A DNA stretch of 33,608 nucleotides from Octopus bimaculoides. Lineage: Eukaryota. Below, one piece after another: positions 10,723 through 23,130 of this stretch (position 1 is the first letter of the stretch; every line of letters begins with the position of its first letter). The notes under the pieces are model-generated. The model ran no database searches and was not told the DNA's origin. It worked only from the letters and a program-made list of their open reading frames with translations. A program made the position numbers and the translations under genes. Location of the stretch: the NCBI RefSeq assembly GCF_001194135.2, contig NC_068981.1, positions 70,732,470 through 70,766,077 on the forward strand, in the 5' to 3' direction.

Positions 10723-11934
10723 GTAGTTGTAGTAGTAATGGTAGAAGCGATAGTAAAGATGAAAACTTCATCCAAGTCATTTACATATTGTTTGAAAACT
10801 CAGAGTTCCTTGCTTGCATTCATAATGAGGGTGAGCTATTGATGTTAAATATGACATCTAGAATAACGAAATATTCTAGAAAAATAGAAATATGATAAAT
10901 GAAAGATCTCTTAAAATATAGTAACACGTATAGAAGAAAACAACAGCCCAGTTTGAAGCAATACATTTTTTACTGTTCGGCGTGAATAACTACGTGATGA
11001 AACTCGTTAATTGCTGAATGTATTAATATTGTAATATTATTGCTAAATACATATATACATGCAAACACATACATGTGTGTGTGTGAAAGTATTAGGAAAA
11101 AGTCAATGATACAGTCAAAAAATTTGAACTGAAGAATGTTTTTCTTAAATTACAAAATTGAAGAAAAAACATTCGAGAGATATGAAATATATTATTTTTA
11201 ACGGTGGACCAAGAAGTAGATACAGTAATAAATTCTAACATGTATATTATGTTTTTAATTTATTTCATATCTCATGAAATTTCTGAAGTATTATAATGTA
11301 AACCTCCAACACTTCCTAAATGGAGAGAGAAAAATCCGAAAATTTCTGTTTTAATGTTTAGAATACCTATCAGGTTTACAACTTTCCACTCTTTTACATA
11401 CCGGGTGTTTTTACTCAATACTCTACACGCTACTATATATATATATATATAGTTTTATCTATCTCCTCAGTTAAAAGCAATTGTCTGCATTACACATACA
11501 TACACACACACGTATATATATATAAATATATATGTGTATGTGTGTGTATGTATTATGTATGTATTATGTATATAAATTTGGAACGATTCCCTTCCTTAAG
11601 TACAACACTCTTTTCCCATAGATAGCAGTTCTCAATAGAGGAGAAAATTAATATTAGTAGAAGAGTATACATGAACACTTAAACATTTAGGGTTAGGCGG
11701 GAATATAGTTACTAGTCTCAGTCACCAAAACTTCATAAATGGGAAATGCTTTTTCAAACCAGGGCTGAAACCTGGTCGAGATCTCGCTTCAAAGGCCTCT
11801 TACACTTTGCACTAACATCATTGAAATGATAATAGTTTATTCTAGATAAACACAAAACTGATCAAACTTTACTTGCCAGGTGATTGGGAAGTTATGTCAA
11901 CTATAAATTTTAGGAAAGTATTATTGATGGATAA

Positions 11935-12600
11935 AAGGGTGTGACCTTAGGGTACTGTCGATCATGGTTTCAATTCCCGGACTAGGTGGCGTGTTGTGAT
12001 TCTGAATAAAACGCTTCATTTCAAGCTGTTCCATTCACCCAACCATAAATGGGTATTGTTGTTGTTGGCACTCCGTCGCTTACGATGTCAAGGGTTCCAG
12101 TTGATCCGATCAACGGAACAGTCTGCTCGTCAAATTAACGTGCAAGTGGCTGAGCACTCCACAGACATTTGTACCCTTAACGTAGTTCTCGGGGATATTC
12201 AGCGTGACACAGAGTGGCAAGGCTGACCCTTTGAATTACAGGACAAACAGAAACAGGAAGTAAGAGTGAGAGAAAGTTGTGGTGAAAGAGTACAGCAGGG
12301 TTCGCCCCCATCCCCTGCCGGAGCCTCGTGGAGCTTTAGGTGTTTTTGCTCAATAAACACTCACAACGCCCGGTCTGAGAAACGAAACCGTGATCCTATG
12401 ACCGTGAGTCCGCTGCCCTAACCACTGTTCCATTCACTCAACCATAAATTGGTAACCATGTGACGAAATAACCTTCCGATCAGAGGGAATGTTGGTCTGA
12501 TCACCTAGCAAGCAGAGTGGTGTCATAAACTAAAACAGTGCGAAGCGCATTGTGAGCAGTGATGTATAACAGCAGCCAATATCCCGGTCGGTACCGTGAT
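11935..12600 (+). mobile_element. Host tRNA-derived SINE (11935-12055 plus 12428-12600) split by a younger SINE
   Basis: B box GGTTTCAATTCC (~11966-11977); homology to 815-945. The sequence resumes after the duplicated target and continues GGTAACC...GGGAATGTTGG...GCGAAGCGCATTGTGA...CGTGAT. The 3' boundary is from recall of the family. Confidence 0.65.
12056..12427 (-). mobile_element. ~380-bp tRNA-derived SINE with (CAA)n tail and 27-30-bp TSD
   Basis: Minus strand: CAGTGGTTAGGGCAGCGG (A box), GGTTTCGTTTCTC (B-box-like), tail GCCAACAACAACAA. Close match to 30651-31031. Direct repeats at 12026-12055 and 12425-12454 are 28/30 identical. Confidence 0.93.
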
Positions 12601-14573
12601 TGATTTAATGCCAATATTCAAATTAATTTTAGAAAAGCTGCTATTATGTCGGCATATATGACGGTGGTTAAATTCATTTTCCAATAGCATTAAGTGATGA
12701 TGAAGATTGCATTACACTTTTCAACGGAAGATGGTGAATTCATAACAAACGAATAAATTTGTTTATTCTTTTAGTTTTTATCACAGAACGGATGGACTGT
12801 ATTGAAGTGAAGTACCTGTATATAAACCATTGAATTCTGGAAGTGTATTTGTATATGTATTCAGTATTAAGTGAACTATTATGTCCGCTGTTTCACAATT
12901 ACCGAGAAAGAAGTAAAGTCAAACATTGTCTTCAGCAGGATCTATGCTAAAAATGTAAAAGCGCAATGAGAATTGGAATGGTGAAGTATGAAACAACATT
13001 ATTTTGTCCGAAAATCCAATATCGCAGACGGTATATCGACATTATGTTAGAGCCTACTTAAGAATGTCAATATGGGTGCGACTTGAACTCAGAAATCTAA
13101 AACGACTTCATTTATGACTCTACATTCTGTAATAAATTTCACTTGGTTAAACGAACATCTGGAGATATACGATGGCAATAAGAATAAATAGCATTTATTT
13201 TGATACCGTATTTACATTAAATCCCCATATGCTGTACTATATTTACTATTGTTTGATTGGAAAATTAATCTAATGTTCGTCGTTAAATTTTGTTCCCTCA
13301 TCTCCTTACCATAAACGAATTTCATAGTAATTAACATTTCGAGTTCTCCAATAGCTTCCTGTAAAAACTTTCATTGAGACTTTTCTCCCTTCTTTCCATT
13401 ACAACATGAGCCGAGAATATTGTCAACCAGAATTAATTGCATTTGTCGCACGTAATTTTTGAAATCACTTGTTTTTTTCGTTGGTTTGAAATTTTATTAA
13501 TTGCTATGTTAGCTTTATATGTTCTATAGAAAATGTAATGCTTTAATTATACCACACAATATATTTTCTCTTATATTTCTTCTTATGTATCACTTGATTT
13601 ATCATTTACTTCTCTATTTTCAGAAAATACTTGAATCGTAGTTATTAAACACAGTTTAACGAGAATACTATCTATTCAATGTTTAATTACTCGTATAATT
13701 CGAAACAAACTTGAAAATTTTAATATATATGTATAAACTTTATTACAACTTGTAGGATTCGTGCTCAAACATAAATTATTCTTCCGCTACATAATAAAAT
13801 CAAGCATTTTTTGCATTTCCTAATGCCAATCAATAACGGCATAGCTTAAACTACAAATGTGTTACTTTGTCAAAAGTAGAGAGAACCGAAAAATAAAGGA
13901 TAAAGATAATATAGAATTGAAGATTTGGTTAAAATTAATAAACAAAAGAGAGCAGGAATGATAAAAGGGATAAAGGAAGAAAAATAAAGGGTAAATGCAG
14001 AATTGTTAAAGGTCTGGTTGGAGAATTTCTTGCCAACAGGAATAATACTAGAAAAATAGGTACCATACAGATGCGGCTAAGAGTGATGGATGTAAAAGTT
14101 TCATTAGTGATTACTGCTAAAATAAAAATTAGTGTCTATACCTCAAATGGAGGTGAGAAGTAAGTAAATGATGAAAAATTACAGTGGATTAATGAGAGAA
14201 GTAAAGTAGTGTGGGAGATTTAGAGGCACAGAGCACAGTTTAAATAGCGAAAGGAATGACCAGAATTGGAGAGAGAAGACAGAAATAGATATCTCATTCC
14301 AAAACTTACTGTAGCAGAATGTATATCAGATGTCTGATTCTTTTACACCCCTTAATTCTATGCCCTTCTCACTTTTCACTCTTTCATTTCAATTTCTTCA
14401 TCGAGCATTTAATGAAATACTGAAATTACTACTATTTCATTTCTAAACGCAATGCTAATTAGGATATCTAAATTTATTGCAATATTTCTAGCTTAAAATT
14501 TAGAAAATCTTGCTTTGATAGAAGGAATGTGTTTGCATCGTTATTCTTCTCAAAGCTAACAAATTCTAATATT

Positions 14574-14794
14574 GGTTTCAAAGTTTGACACAAGCCCAGT
14601 AATTTCAAGTAAGCGGGTAAGTCGATTATATCCGCCTCAGTCCTCAACTGGAACTTATTTTATCGACCTCAAAAGTATGAATCTGAAAATCGACCTCGAT
14701 TGAGGTTTGAACGCAGAACGTGAAGACAGACGAAGTGCCACTAAACATTGTGTCTGGCGTACTAACGATTCTGCCAGCTCGCCCCCTTTAGGCT
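14574..14794 (-). mobile_element. Full-length tRNA-derived SINE with 10-bp TSD
   Basis: Minus strand: GGCGAGCTGGCAGAATCGTTAGTACGCC (head), GCGTTCAAACCTC (B-box-like), GAGGTCGATAAAATAAGTTCCAG (core). TTCTAATATT is repeated at 14564-14573 and 14795-14804. Confidence 0.85.
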
Positions 14795-14825
14795 TTCTAA
14801 TATTAAAAAAAAATGTTTTAATATT

Positions 14826-15331
14826 TACGTGCTTTGCTGGTTATAAAATATTTATTACTTTAATAAATGACGCGACGTCAAAAAGAGTGTATACATATAA
14901 TTCAAGGTATTACTACTGTGATACGCTAACTTATGACGGATTCTATAGCAACCAATTACGCTGCGTCATTGATTGGAGAAGGAGCAGTCAATGAAATATG
15001 CAACCGTCCCTCAAGAGATTTACCTCTACTTTTTCTGCACCACAAATGCATAGAAAGGATACAGTTAAGTCCTTTTCTCCTCGACAGCTAGACATTTTAA
15101 TATTTAAATTGTATGTGTGTAAGCGAGAGAATATGTTAAATGAGAGACAGAGAGAGAATGGACCGTAAGCGATAGAGTACGGAATGAAAGAGAGAGAGCG
15201 CGGGGAAGAGCGCGAGTGTTTGTGTGTGTCTAGAACATCTACACGCAACGAAAATCTTCGTAATTTTCGAGTACAGATATCAAAACAGTGTTCGTACGTG
15301 CCACCTGACTTTCAGGTCCCCACATGTAAGT
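14826..15331 (+). promoter_or_regulatory. Candidate Pol II proximal promoter and non-coding first exon
   Basis: TGACG-CGA-CGTCA (14868-14880); CCAAT (14952-14956) and ATTGG (14972-14976) around TGCGTCAT; GA tracts; CpG-enriched stretch at ~15190-15300; consensus donor CAT|GTAAGT at 15325/15326. Motif-based only. Confidence 0.35.
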
Positions 15332-16280
15332 GTTCCATACTCAATCTACAATGAAAGAAAAGCAGAGTATTATGATCGCACTTATTTAATTTATTGTAGC
15401 ACAGTTTGGTGTGTTACTATAAAAGAAACGAAAAGAAAGCGAACAAGTGGTAAAACAAAACGTATTGCAATATATCTATATTTACAACATATTTTGCAGA
15501 CGAAATGTAAATGTAGATGCTATAATTCATTTCTATACAAATTTATGTCGACATGTGCGTGTGTATGTTCTTGTATGGACTTTTATGCGTTCGTGTCAGT
15601 GTGAGAGTTAACTGTTAAAATACTTAAAGAAGTCATCATAATGACGTTTTTAAAACTAGTCTTGAGTGAAAAAGTTGTAACTTTGATCTTTGCATTCCAC
15701 CTTAGGCTGACATCATAGTTACATTCGTTCTCACCTCGAACATGTCGTAAACATCGGAGATGATTTCACATATTACAATTCTGTAAAGGAGAATTAAACA
15801 ACGTTCTTAGTGGGGGATCTGGAAGATGTTATGAACTAGATGCAAGGTGAAGAAAAGAGATTTCTGAGTTGAATGTCTTTAGGTGGAAGGTGTATACAGC
15901 TTGAAAGTTCAGAGGTGAAAATGTTATATATTAGCAGTAGAAGCGTGATAGACGATTCCCGTAACAGTCTTTCTTTGAACCATGAACTGTAGGTTGTTAA
16001 TAATTGAATATTTGCCAATCAAGTAAATTGCTTTGTTTGAATTTTGCCTTCTTTGAATCTATTATGGTTGGGTTTGTAGTAAGAGCACAATCCGATATAT
16101 ATATGAAGCTCACACCAATGTGCGTAACATTTTAGCTTCTTAGATGCAGTAATAATAGGTGAGCCTGATAGAGTACATTAAAATAGTCATGTCTGTAACA
16201 CACTGTGGCATCCGATCGTCATCCGGTGTCTTATTCTTCGATTTTCATAGACCCAAACTAGTTATATTTCTCCCGCACTC

Positions 16281-16625
<345 letters not shown>

Positions 16626-17399
16626 TTATGAGAGGTAATGGTGTCATTAAGACCCAAAGGTGTCAGGTAATGCTGTATTGCTGAGTAAGAGCTATGGAAA
16701 GACTATAGTTAAGCTCCAGGTTCGGTGATTATGCGAATGAGGAGTCCAACGTAGGTCATGTATCAGCATGTGTATATATAAAAATTTTCAGAATGAGATA
16801 AAGATCCAAAGCTGTGAAAGATTTTAGAACATTTATAAATAGGTCTATTTATAATTGTTCTAAAATCTTTCACAGGTTTGGATTTTTATCTCATTCTAAA
16901 TNNNNNNNNNNNNNNNNNNNNNNNNNNNNNNNNNNNNNNNNNNNNNNNNNNNNNNNNNNNNNNNNNNNNNNNNNNNNNNATATATATATATATATATATA
17001 ATATAAATATATGCATATATCCATACATATGAAGACAGAAAACGAACTTTTTTTCGAACAATGAAAAAAACAAACAGAGAAACGAGACATGCAACATAAA
17101 GAATATTTCCCTTCATCAGTTTCACTGTTCCATCTACTCCACGTTTCGAAGGCAAGAACAATACGCGACTCGGTTGGAACAGTCTTTCCCGCAAAGCAAA
17201 TAATATATAATTTGGAATTTTTATGCGGAGCGTGAAAGTGTAAGGAGAAAGTTGATTCGAAGACTACGAATCCAATCCATCGTTGAAACTGTAAAAAATT
17301 GTAACTCTTTTCAGAAGTTTATCGTTTGAAATATATGAGCACGTCTAGATATGCAAGTATATGCATGAGAAGAGATACATAAAACAAAACATACAACTC

Positions 17400-17491
17400 T
17401 GCACATACACATACATACATACATGCATACATACACACATACATAATACATACATACATACATACATACATACATGCATACATACATACAT
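17400..17491. repeat. (TACA)n microsatellite
   Basis: Read directly. Confidence 0.93.
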
Positions 17492-17929
17492 GCAAGAATA
17501 CCCTATTGTTGATTTGAAATTCCATTGGAGCTTTGGATCTAGGTTAGAAACCGGCTCCTTCTTTACTGTCAAGAAATCTTGATATAAAACTGAATAATGA
17601 CATATATACATACACACATGCACTCATACATTAAGATATGTGTATCCATAACAAAACGTAACTCGGAGTACAAATTTTTGAATATATATTATTGCGGATT
17701 AACATATCTGTCCTTCATTGACTGATGATAAAGCAATAGAAATGAAGCAATGGAAATAAAAGCAATAGAAATAAAAACCTCATGTTCCAGGTAATAGCCT
17801 TCGTTAATAAACGGAGATTATTCTACTTGCAATTCCTTTTTAATCTAAATTGTCTACATTGCACAATGTAGTATGTAGCAAAATTTTTGAATATATGTGC
17901 ACGTGTGTTTATGAATATATAAATTCATA

Positions 17930-18020
17930 TATGTGTGTGTATACATACATTCATACATACATACATACATACATACATACATACATACATACATAGTACG
18001 TACATACATATGTACATACA
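17930..18020. repeat. (TACA)n microsatellite
   Basis: Read directly. Confidence 0.93.
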
Positions 18021-18394
18021 TATTAATCGAGGGATACATACATATTGATTTACAGAAACATACAACACTTATATCAAATAAAATTCTAAAAGGAAATGCA
18101 AAGGTAAATGGATACTAATAGACGATGAATTTCTATAGAATATATTGGAATATATTCAACCTATGATTTTAAGCACTTATAGAAGTTTGTATAATTTTTT
18201 TTTAACACATGCTGAAATTTATATACCTTAAATACTGCGCATTGCATAATAAATAACTATAAATGAAATGGAAGAATATGAAACAGAGATTATATGGTTT
18301 AATGGAGAAAATGGGAAGAAAAATATAGAATAAAAATTTTAAGTATGCCAGAGAATACGCGATAAGTGGATAAACAATATATGACTGTACTAGA

Positions 18395-18456
18395 ATAGAC
18401 GGATGCGACTAACCGCTCCACCTGAAACTGCTGGCCTTGTACCAAATTTAGTAAGA
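18395..18456 (+). mobile_element. SINE 3' tail fragment running into (ATT)n
   Basis: GATGCGACTAACCGCTCCACCTGAAACTGCTGGCCTTGTACCAAATTT matches the tail at 10660-10720 and the reverse complement of 14575-14625. Confidence 0.6.
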
Positions 18457-18494
<38 letters not shown>

Positions 18495-18510
18495 CATCAT
18501 TATTATCATC

Positions 18511-18545
<35 letters not shown>

Positions 18546-18590
18546 TATCATTATTATCATTATTATTATTATTATTATTAATACTATTAT
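18457..18590. repeat. (ATT/ATC)n microsatellite
   Basis: Read directly. Confidence 0.96.
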
Positions 18591-19750
18591 TTTCTCTTTA
18601 TCACAGGATTTGTTGGAGTTTCTGGGGTCTTGCATGCGAAGCAGTCTTACTACCTGCAGCCTACGGTACCATGCCATTCGTTCTTTTCACCTATCTAATA
18701 CTTTCCTGATTATTTTGGATATGCGAAGAAGGCAAAACTTTTGTAACAGTTCTACTGGGCACTCTATTCCAATTTCCTTTATATTCCCCTTGATGCGTTC
18801 TGATACTGTTCCCAAGAACCCGACAATCATTAGCACTATCTTCACCTTCGTCATTTTCCATAGCCAAGCTATTTCGTAATTAAGACGGTTGTAACTATCT
18901 ATCTTTTCGCCTTCCTCCTTGGCTATTCTTCCGTCAAAGGAGCATGTCAACTATATAGCATATGTAGTGCACCTTGTCCACCACCACTAGATCGGGTCTG
19001 TTATGCACTTCCACCTGATCTATTTGGATTGAGAAATCTGAGAGGATTTGGCTAGTCTCCGACTCTTCCACTCTAAGCGATGTATGCTCATACCACGTCT
19101 TGCCTCTCTCTAGCCCCCACTTTTCGTAGTTTCCAGTATAGCACTTTTGCTACCTGGTCATGTCGCCATAACTTGTAGTAGCTTTGGGCAACCCTAGGAC
19201 ATTCGTTCGTGATTATTGGCAATAGTTTCATCCATACTATTGCAGGTGCGGCGCATCGGAGACACTTGCTCGTTCCTAAGGTTAACCCTCCAGTTCATGG
19301 CCAGAGCTTGGTCTTGTGCTGCCAGTATAGCGCTATTTTTATAGTCTCGTTTTTAGGGTTCTTTTCATCAGCCAATCCCAGTTATTTTTTCCAGCAACTT
19401 CCGTTGTGGTCACATGGGACTGATTGTGCAATCCCTTCTTGCGCAATTCTTCTTCGTGTCCGTTTTGTTCTCTTAAATTTGTTTTCCCTTTTTTTCTCTG
19501 CTCTCAATACTCCCTCGTTCGTAACTGTCACTAGCAAGGTTACCTTACTTCGGCCTAGGTATCTCATTAGGCTCTCGAATTCGATACGCACACAGTCTTC
19601 CACACTTATCAGTTCCCTTCCTCCATTTGCTCTCTTCGTGTATAGGTGATCAGTGTTTGTACGTGGATGATGGTCTCCGTGCATCGTTAGATGATGTCTT
19701 GACTTCCTGGCCATCTCCTTTAGCTCCTCCTCTGTACACTTCAGGATTAT
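18591..19750 (-). mobile_element. 5'-truncated R4/Dong-like RLE retrotransposon (RT thumb, zinc-knuckle region, RLE, 3' UTR)
   Basis: ILKCTEEELKEMARKSR..LTMHG.HHPR..TDHLY.KRANGGRELISVEDC; QDQAL; SGCPKL-like; HNRPDLVVVDK (PD motif); EEGEKIDSY..L.YEI..LW; IVGFLGTV; LLQKFCLL...IIRKVLDR*; then a short 3' UTR abutting (TAA)n. Confidence 0.9.
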
Positions 19751-19758
19751 TGTTGTTG

Positions 19759-19807
<49 letters not shown>

Positions 19808-19932
19808 CATTATTATCATTATCATTATTATCATTATTATTATTATCATTATTATTATTATCATTATTATCATTATTATTATTATTACTATTATCATTAT
19901 TATTATTATCATTATCATTATTATCATTATTA

Positions 19933-19985
<53 letters not shown>
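19751..19985. repeat. (GTT)>(ATT/ATC)n microsatellite
   Basis: Read directly. Confidence 0.96.
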
Positions 19986-19986
<1 letters not shown>

Positions 19987-20129
19987 TTTCAATTTTATTT
20001 TCATTTCTTTTCGAGTCTCTTCCCAACATCTTGGGTAAAGTAAGTCACTGTATATATTTATATATAGCAGGCCATTAATATAAACATACCAATTCATTTA
20101 CAAAGTCAACTTATGTGATAGAAAAACGG

Positions 20130-23100
20130 GGGGAGTGGAGAAAGGAAAATGAAAAGGAAAAGGAAGAAAGACAATAAAATGTAAAATAAAATTAAAAAAG
20201 AAAACGAAGAAAAAAGGAAAGAAACCTCACACTGACAATGCTGGTCTCAATACGTGTGACGTACCAGTTAAAACAATCTTTTGCACTTCTTGCATTGATG
20301 GTAAGCCAGGGATCATTCACAAATAATTTTTTCTTACTTTTTTTATCATTCCAAGTGCTCCTACAATCACTGGTATTCTAACCGTCTTGAGATGCCACAT
20401 ATTTTCGATTTCAATCAGCAAATTTGTATATTTTCTGAGCTTATCAAATTCTTTTGCAGATATATTATGATCACAAGGAATGCACATGTCAATCAATGAA
20501 CAGACTTAATTGTTTTGGTGTTTCACAATAATATCCGGTTTATTACTTTTGATGGTCCAGTCTGTATGTAGTGGAAAGTCCCAACGAACCATTACATTTT
20601 CTTCCTGAGTTACAGTCTCAGAACGGCGCTTATACAGTTTGATTTTGTAATGCCGACATATTAACCAGTGTAAATATTGGCCAACTATGTCATGTCTTGA
20701 TTTGTACTTTATAGGTGCTAAAACTTTACATCCAGAGACTAGCTGGTTAACCATTTCAATCTCGTCGTTGCAATATCAGCATTGGGTCTACTCCACTTTT
20801 CATTACATTGTCTTAATAGTGGCGGGTCAATAATGTTTGATCTTGAGCATCTAAGATAAAGCATCTCCTTCATGACAGAATGAAGCTTTTCACACCTCTC
20901 GTGATTTTCAACGAGTTTTAGCATCCAGTCGTTAGATGTTTCAAGATATTTGGTCAGTCTAACTGTGGTGGTTTTGTAAGCTATCTCAAATTGGATAAAG
21001 TCACGACTTGCTTGAGCTCTTGGAAGGTAAAAAGGACCGACGCCTAGCTATGGGTGGTGAATCTTATTGCAAGTCAGCAGCTTACAGATTTTCAATCTTC
21101 ATTTCAGTGATATTCCAGTTCAACACGGAATTTATAACTAACACCTTTTTACGTGCATTTAACTCAGATTTCACAACTGTAATATTTACCCTTAATCTTG
21201 CCTTCCATGCTTCTATGCTGTATACCAGAGCTTTCATTTATTCCGAGGTATTTATAAGTTTGTTCTTACTCAGATTCTTTTATAAAAGTGTCAACATCTA
21301 ACTCGAATGAATTTAAGGTCTTCAATTCCACTTTCTGGAAAGTGGTCTTGGCACAATTATCAAAGCCAAATTCCATGCTGATGACATCACTGAATGCTTT
21401 CACAGCACGTAATAAGCTTTCAAGCTCATTAGTATCTTTGCCACAGGGTTTTTTAAGCCATCCATATAAAGTAGGTGGCTTTCTTACTTATCGTCAATTT
21501 GATACCCATACACTGTTCTGTTAATTTCACCTCTACGAGGCAAGGGCTCTGCAAAAAGTTAGAGGTAAAAGAGAATCAGCTTGGAAAATGTCACAGTTGG
21601 TATAAATACTGTTTGAAGTCAGTATTCCATTAGGGTGGTATAATTGTAAATTCGAATTCTACACTGACATTTTATGCTTCAGGTAAAATTTGGTATGTTG
21701 TCAAAGGTATGTTGTCAAAGGCCTTTTTATAATCAGTTCAAGCGTAATTGAGATTTCTGCGTTTGTTATGACAGGTCTCAAGGATTATGCGATTGATTAG
21801 GAATTGATATGTACATCCATAAGAGCCTTGTAGATACCCTTTTGTTCAATGGAGAAAATATCGTTCTGCCCCTTAAATGCATTTTCTCCATGAGGATGGA
21901 CGTTAATATTTTATAAGTGGTGGAAATTTGGTTTCAGCATTCTATGGAAGTAGGTAAGTAATACCACTTGCTAACAAATCAGGAGTTTTCTGAGAATCTT
22001 TCATAAATTCATTAAACAACTAAACTAACTTCTCATGTGCACACAGGAGCGATGTAAGCCGGAAATTTGGCACTCTATCTTTACCTTACCGAGGGACTTC
22101 CACTTATAAGCCTTTGTAAGTGTCAAACTTAGGTCTGCTATCATGATATCTTTCCATCCTTGTTCCGGTAAATTTTGATAGGATCCTTCAGCGCGTCTAC
22201 TCCAATCTGCATTTTCATTGTATGTCTTTTCAACTTCTTCCTTAAGAGAGGTGATGGAGTCTTCAACGGGTATTTTCTCCTTCCCTATTTCTCTATAGAA
22301 TGTCTTCGCATTGGATTTGAACAGCTTATTTTGTTTGTAAAACTTGTTTCTCTTCTCAGCTTTTCATATTCTTTGAGTTTTCACTTGGACTGTTTGTTTC
22401 GGTGTCTCTTTCATCGAAAGGAATAATTCTCGTAATGAAAATCTATATTTTCTCTTCATCTTTCTTCCGTTTCAGGATCTTACATCGTTTCCACAGATTA
22501 GTTCATTTCATACTGATATTTCACCTCTCAGGTTTTTCTCAATTTTACTTCTTCAGTTCGGAATTCTTTCCAGGTTTGTGTTTCTTTGTTTTTCGGAGGC
22601 ATACAACTGATTTCAAATGTTTTAGCAGATGTGTAAATAATTAAATGGTTTCATTTAACTCAGTAAAATAAAGTTTTAATTATTGTATGACATTTTTTAT
22701 CACATAGCTGCCGATTTTAATTTATTTTTTGTTTCTTTGTTTCTCATTTGTATTTGAAAGTTTAGGAAGTGGTTCTGTCATGCATATTTGCACGTCTTAC
22801 AACTACAAGCTTCTTCAGGACTTTCTACTTCACTTCTCTCATAGATTCTCTGTGTTCTTCGGCAAATGTGTTGTCTTAAAAAACTGTTCTTTCGCCACTT
22901 TCCCGGCTATCTTTATCAGGTTCATTACAATTTATTTCTTCAGGCATGTGCGTGGTTTGGTCAGATGAGTCTTTCAATTAACACACGTGGAGGGCTGCTC
23001 TCTTCATCTGATTCTTCATTTCCTTCCTTCCTGTCTTATATTTAGGTCATTTTCCGCTGCGTGCTTGGTCGGGATTCTTTTCCTTTAGCAAAAGTCCCTT

Positions 23101-23130
23101 TATGGTGACCAAGGGGAGAGGAGGGTGAGA
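20130..23130 (-). mobile_element. Near-full-length, heavily decayed R4/Dong-like RLE retrotransposon (~3 kb)
   Basis: Ordered relics on the minus strand: LTELNE (N-terminal), EQKG.LQGSYGC..Q.LIN, TDYKKAFDNIP, FIWMA (degenerate YMDD), MEFGFDNCA, YKYLGI, VSGCKVLA..KY.SRHDIVGQYLHW, NKPDIIV, LIDMCIP..KEFDKLRKY, VGALG, QKIVLTGTSHVLR ending at TGA 20227-20229. The 5' boundary is approximate. Confidence 0.85.

Noticed and set aside
13870-14300. Purine-rich strand-asymmetric tract resembling the antisense of a very old PLE
   Set aside because: No recognisable RT or endonuclease motif could be threaded; composition alone is insufficient.
14707-14994. 95-aa ORF overlapping the candidate promoter
   Set aside because: It starts at TTG inside an antisense SINE and has no recognisable protein features.
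17105-17155. CGAAACGU followed by CUGAUGAAGG on the minus strand, hammerhead-like words in a probable repeat at ~17040-17240
   Set aside because: The order is wrong for type I. For type II there is no helix I pairing and position 17 would be G. It may still be a PLE-related terminus, but I cannot build a ribozyme fold.
17731-17774. Three ~14-15-bp tandem units AAGCAAT(A/G)GAAAT
   Set aside because: An ordinary short tandem duplication with no spacers, so not CRISPR-like.
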